Source of the DNA: Chrysomallon squamiferum
Lineage: Eukaryota; Animalia; Mollusca
Assembly (NCBI GenBank): GCA_012295275.1
Contig: CM022670.1
Coordinates: 9,920,001-9,984,000 of the forward strand
Length of the DNA stretch: 64,000 nucleotides
Reading direction: 5' to 3'
This document shows positions 58,739 to 64,000 of this stretch, one piece after another. A program made the translations under genes and the position numbers. The first letter of the stretch is position 1. Every line of letters starts with the position of its first letter. Below the pieces are notes generated by a model, which saw only the letters and a program-made list of their open reading frames with translations, was not told where the DNA came from and searched no databases.

Positions 58739-60735
58739 AAAATATCAGTTTCCACAATACGATTTTTATTATTTATATATTTGTTTATTTATTTACAGGA
58801 ACCAATGAATGTTTTTGTCGTGGATTGGAAAAAAGGCGCTAAATTTTTTGACTATCCCAAGTAACATCTGATTCTCGATTGGTTGGCCGTATTGTTGCTG
58901 GGTTACTTCAGACACTAATCGATTCTGGCGCCAGTCCTGGCTCTATTCATTTGATTGGCCACAGTCTCGGCGCTCAAATTGCGGGATATGCCGCAGAAAG
59001 AATTTCTGGTATAGGAAGGATTACAGGTATTTAAATTCTACATTTGATCCCAGCCTACGTGCTAATAGTCTATAAACATTTTGTGCACTTTAAATTACTA
59101 CTACTACTACTAGTTATACTGTTATCATCATCATCATCATCATCATTATGATTATTATTATTATTATTAGGACTGGATCCGGCAGGACCATCTTTCGAAG
59201 GACGACCAGCTTCAGCTAGACTCGATCGCTCAGACGCGAATTTTGTCGACGTCATACATACGGATGCAGAACCTCTTGCAAAACTGGGTATTTTACATTT
59301 CCATTTTTCAAAGAGAGATCCGAGAATACATATAACAAATGCCTCACAGATACTTCACTAATAACAAGGAATTAGATGTTTTAATTTAAAATTAAATCTT
59401 TTATCTCGGCTTTTCAAGTAAATATTTCTATACTCTGCTTACGATTATCGTTTTTCAAATTCCTGTTACTGAAGCTAGTAGTGTCCTAATAGTGTGTGTC
59501 TATGAATGTAAACTGAACTGTCCTGTGAAATTTGTTTTAACGAATCATGCTACTCTTTCTTCTTCTACTTCTCCTCTCCCTCCTTCTTTTTCTTCTTCTT
59601 ATTATTACTATTATTATAATCACGTTTTTGTATTGTATACAGAATAAGGTATACCTTTTGTTACGTTCATTTCAGGGCTAGGTATTAAAATGGTCTCGGG
59701 ACATGTTGATTTCTATCCCAATGGTGGCATTAATCAGCCAGGCTTGCCCAAACGATATTCTAGAAATGGTATCCCGTCTTCTGTCTGGCGGATGTAAGCG
59801 GATATCTTAATTTTAAAAGTTGAATAATAATAATAAAAAGAAATAACAGAAAGGAAAGAAAGAAAATGTGAAGAAAACAGTGACCTAGTTTATAATTGTG
59901 CTCTGCCTGTTATGTATGTTTGTGCGTGGTCGTATGTGTGCGTGCGTGTGAAACACTGATTAGTTGATTTTATTTAACCAGTTTTAGAGATTAACTATAA
60001 ATATTGTAACTGACACATATGTATATTATACCAATATATATATATATATATATGTTAGTTACGTTTAGCAGGAAAACGCCATATGACCTTTTCTGTTGTG
60101 CTTTTCTTTATTTTATTATTTTTTTATTATTATTATTATTATTTTAAATTAACTTTTAATTTTAAAAATATGCCTAAGACCTGATATTAATTTAATGGTT
60201 TGCATTTCAGCTTTGCTTTATTCTGTGGGCTGCAGCCATATGCGGGCGATCGATCTATTTACGGAATCTATAAACTCGCGATGCCAGTTCAAAGCCAGTC
60301 GGTGTTCTAGCGTCAACCGGATAAGCGCAGACGCTTGTACTCCATGTCGCACTGGTTGCGCAAGAATGGGTTACTACGCAGACGCAAACCGTACTTCCGG
60401 TATATACTACTTAGAAACGAAACGACAGAAGCCATATTGCAGTGAGTATTGTTTTTGTGTTGTTGTTTCTTTTCTTCTTATTTTATTATTATTATTATAA
60501 TTTATTTTTTTTAATGAATTATTTTCATAAGCCGATTAATTAATTATTGTTAATAATTAAGCAACAACAACAACAGAATAAAACAAATTAAATACTATTC
60601 ATTATGCATGAGGTAACGTTCAAAATACAATAATAGTCGTATAATGTATTTCTGTTTTTACACGTTTATAAATGTACAAAAACAGTAAACCAAATCCTAA
60701 GTAACAGATTATATTTTTGTTTTTCAGAATCGTGA
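57324..60735 (+). CDS. Pancreatic lipase-related secreted lipase (catalytic domain only); 7 coding exons, about 355 aa after correcting two frameshifts
   Basis: Exons: 57324-57387 (signal peptide), 58244-58545 ([17 protein letters not shown]), 58799-59026 (NVFVVDW, nucleophile motif [13 protein letters not shown]), 59171-59287 (GLDPAGP catalytic Asp, [11 protein letters not shown]), 59676-59793 ([13 protein letters not shown]), 60211-60441 (CSHMRA catalytic His, C..MGY), 60728-60735 (stop). Indels at about 58860 (-1) and 59744 (+1). Confidence 0.9.
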
Positions 60736-62339
60736 AGTTAATACCAGTGAGAGCTGAATTTTACCGGTTCAGGAATTGTATATACAAAATTAATAACTGT
60801 ATAAAGCTCAGGTTCCGGATTTTAGTATTGTAAAATATTTTTCCGTATAAATGATAATTTCCATTACTTCAAGGAGAAAACGAACATCTATTTGGAGTTC
60901 ACTCCTTTTGTCAGAGTTATGCTTTCTTTTCTTTTCAATTATTATTTATTTAATTTTAGCTTTTCTATTTCTATAAATGGTATATTTTAAATATGTTGTT
61001 ATTCAAGATAAAGTTTTATATTGTCAGAATTCTTTTTATATCGCTTATAAATGTGAATTTAAAAAAAAAAAAAAAAAAAAAAATTATCATATTCATCAAG
61101 CACGGCATTATCAGGTGAAGAATTCGAGTAAGTGAATATACTTGCGAGCCAGTATTTTAAATGTTTTTTTTTTCCTAGTGAAATTATGGAAACAAATGCT
61201 ACAGTTTTGCCTAACGAACTAAAATTAATACTCAATCATTTTGATAAATTAAATGGTATGCACTGATATGTATCAAGATACGAAAACAGTCAGTATTATA
61301 TTTTCTATTTATACGAATAAAGTGATTTTTTTTTTTAACTTTTGAAGTAGCAAGTTTTTATTTCACACTCCAGATAGTTAATTGTTGGGTTTTTTGTTTT
61401 AAGACTTACGGTAACGCTTAACGAAAGCAATTTGTAACGCATATAGAGACAGTCGTCGACTTACGACTGTTCCATTATACGACAGCCCGTCTGGCAGTTT
61501 CCTCTTCTCCGTCGAAACTGGTCGGCAGGTACTCGGCACTGTCGTCGTGATTTGTGTTCATACGAAGTTCGCCGTTCAACGACGAGTGCATTTCGGAACT
61601 TGTTCGACGTCAGCCATCTTTAGTTTACCTCAACAAAGCAGAAACGCAATACGTATGTTTGTAAAACAAAGCGAATCCATCAGCTAGCCCAAAATAGCGA
61701 CATCTTTGGACCATTTGCCAGCAGTGAGTGTTCAACCAGTTATGTGCAACCTTTTTCGAGAAGCGGGCCGCATGAGAAAATTGCTCATCGTCAGGCGGAT
61801 CGCTCCACTATACATACGTTAGTTTCCTCCTTAAATCACGCGAGCCATTAAAAACTCCCCACGGGACGGAGACTGCTGATGGCTGTATTAAACTCATTGT
61901 ATTTGATTTAAATTAAAGGGATTACTAATAAAAAACAATAATAATAAATAAAAAAAACAAAACAAAAAAAAAACAACTACAGATGTGCCACTAACGTCCG
62001 ATTAACTTAGAACCAGTTGGTTGGAAACTTACCGTTGTTTTAAGTCGATGACTGTATAACTATTTACTGTTTATCCGCTCACACAGTTATAAAATTACAT
62101 GCAAAATAATTAAATAATGTTTTTACAGTTCTTATTGTTATTTTTTTTTTTATTTTATTTTGTTGTTTTATTCGTATGTTGTGTTTAAAATAGTGACAGT
62201 TTAACAGTTTGTCTCTATCATACAACTGCTGTTTTAGCACACACAGACACGCAGACTTTCACAAGACTATAATATTTATTGACTGATGTATACGACGCTC
62301 TCCCCCCGCATGTTTTAAAACTTTGTCACACTGTAATAG

Positions 62340-62600
62340 TTTTAAATGGTTGCCGAGATGCAATGGTTCGTAGCATCAGTACTGCGCAGCACAAATGTTT
62401 CCCGTTCCAGCCTTTGTCCATGCCTTTTTATCGAAGACGATGGTGTATATATTTCAGTAAGGGAAGGTACTTACTGCTAATCGACGCTAGTTCTTCGCAA
62501 GGCGGCAGTGGTTTTCCTCTCTAATTATGGTTCTTAATCATGCGCTTATTAACAGTAGGTTAAAAATGTTTTCAGTGTATATAATTAAAAATAAAATATT
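62340..62600 (+). mobile_element. Degraded SINE remnant (MetaSINE-like core)
   Basis: Blocks TTTCCCGTTCCAGCC, TTACTGCTAATCGA and GGCGGCAGTGGTTTTCCTCTCT resemble, from memory and in the expected order, the core and tail of mollusc tRNA-derived SINEs. Not verified by search. Confidence 0.4.
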
Positions 62601-64000
62601 TTTCTGCTCTTTTCGCTTATAACTTAAAAATAATGAAAAATAGTAATAACAACTACAGTGATAATAATAATAACAAAACAACAACAATAATTATAATAAG
62701 TTTAAAAAGTGGAGTATTACGGGCAAAAAAGGAAAATCAGCACATCAGTTAAAACATACTTTATTTTTCAACACAGATTTTTGCAAAACAAATTTAGCAG
62801 ACTAAAGCATTATCAAGTTATGCTAAAATAATCAGTTATGCAAATGTAAGACAAATAAAGACAGTTCTTGTAGAAATATAATATTTTATCATTTTAAAAA
62901 TGTTTCTCTCAATATAATTGTATACGAGCATGAATGTATGTACACGTATATGTGTTTGTATGTGTGTATATATGTATATGTTTGGGTCTGTATTACCTTG
63001 AATTTATGTATGTATGAGTGCATTTTAGTATGTGTGTGTGAGTATATATGTGTGTATGTATGTATGTATGCTTGTATACATGCACATGCATTTCATAATT
63101 AATACACGATTATAATATATTGCCGTCAAGAAATGTATGACAGTGATCATACTTGTAAATGCCACGATCGTAATTTACGATTTGTTGTTGTTGTCACTGA
63201 CAAGTTTGTGAGGGGTTTGTTAGTATTCCACTCCCCCTGTCACTGACTGTGACACCCCGACAAAATACAACCCTGAAATAAATAAAACTAAAATTTAATA
63301 AAATAATAAATTAAATAAAATTAACATTTAATAAAAATTTAATTAAATAAAATTAACATATAGTCCGCATACTCCAGAGGTTATTTTTATTTATTTATTT
63401 ATTATTTGTTCCTCATCCAATATTAATTACTAACAACGAGATAGTAGTTTAAAAATGACTATTCACCGCCATTTTTCTGCAGACGTCAGTTCATATAATG
63501 TACAAGGCGGAGTAATTTCCTGGTATTTTTTTTTATTTTTATTTTTATTTCTGCTCTTGTGAAGGGAAGAAATAACGGCGTTTTTATGTTTTATATCAGG
63601 AGGATTTGATTCATATACTTTGTTAGGAACGAAGATAGTTCAAAAACGATAAAAGAATAATAAAGATTTGAAAGATTTTAGATTATTTTTTTTTAGTACA
63701 CTTTAATTATATTGTATGAAGTTTGAAATTATTTAATAAAATTAAAATCACCGCGTTCTTCGTCTTGCAGATAACACTCTCACTTTCTCCACCACCAAAT
63801 TTGGATTATTTCTCCAGAAGAAAATGCTTCGGGTATGTTCGTAAAATATTTCCGCCCGTTGTACTTCGCCAATTTCCGTGTCTGAGACAATTACCCCGTA
63901 AAGGAATTCGCCATGTTGAATAGAGCCGCTGAAAAGAATATTATGTTAAATTTTTAAAATATATTTTATTTATCACTTTTTAAAACATTTTCTTTTATTA

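Noticed and set aside
63890-63915. Minus-strand MANS.. start reminiscent of LYRM5/ETFRF1
   Set aside because: The resemblance covers only a few residues, and the following sequence has no LYR motif.

Overview
This is AT-rich, microsatellite-rich, intron-containing animal DNA. It is probably a lophotrochozoan such as a mollusc; that is inferred from the gene content and repeat style. I spliced four protein-coding genes by hand from GT-AG sites and reading frame. (1) The last 17 exons of an EFR3 gene on + (631-18227; 5' end outside the window). (2) A complete second EFR3 paralog on - (42466-23091; 22 exons, 809 aa), tail-to-tail with the first and with a matching exon structure. (3) A type I membrane protein on + (46158-53980): signal peptide, EGF repeat, degenerate F-type lectin domain, 7 more EGF repeats, TM helix, short tail. 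(4) A secreted pancreatic-lipase-family enzyme lacking the PLAT domain on + (57324-60735). Four single-base indels interrupt three of the genes and are most likely assembly errors. Other points of interest: tandem repeats built from splice sites in EFR3 copy 1, a frame-preserving 27-nt candidate microexon, a CpG-rich exon inside the CpG-depleted EFR3 copy 2, an 82-nt intronic hairpin, and a CpG-content transition near 42.4 kb. Most ORFs in the supplied track are microsatellite or intron artefacts. Family assignments rest on recalled motifs, not database searches.
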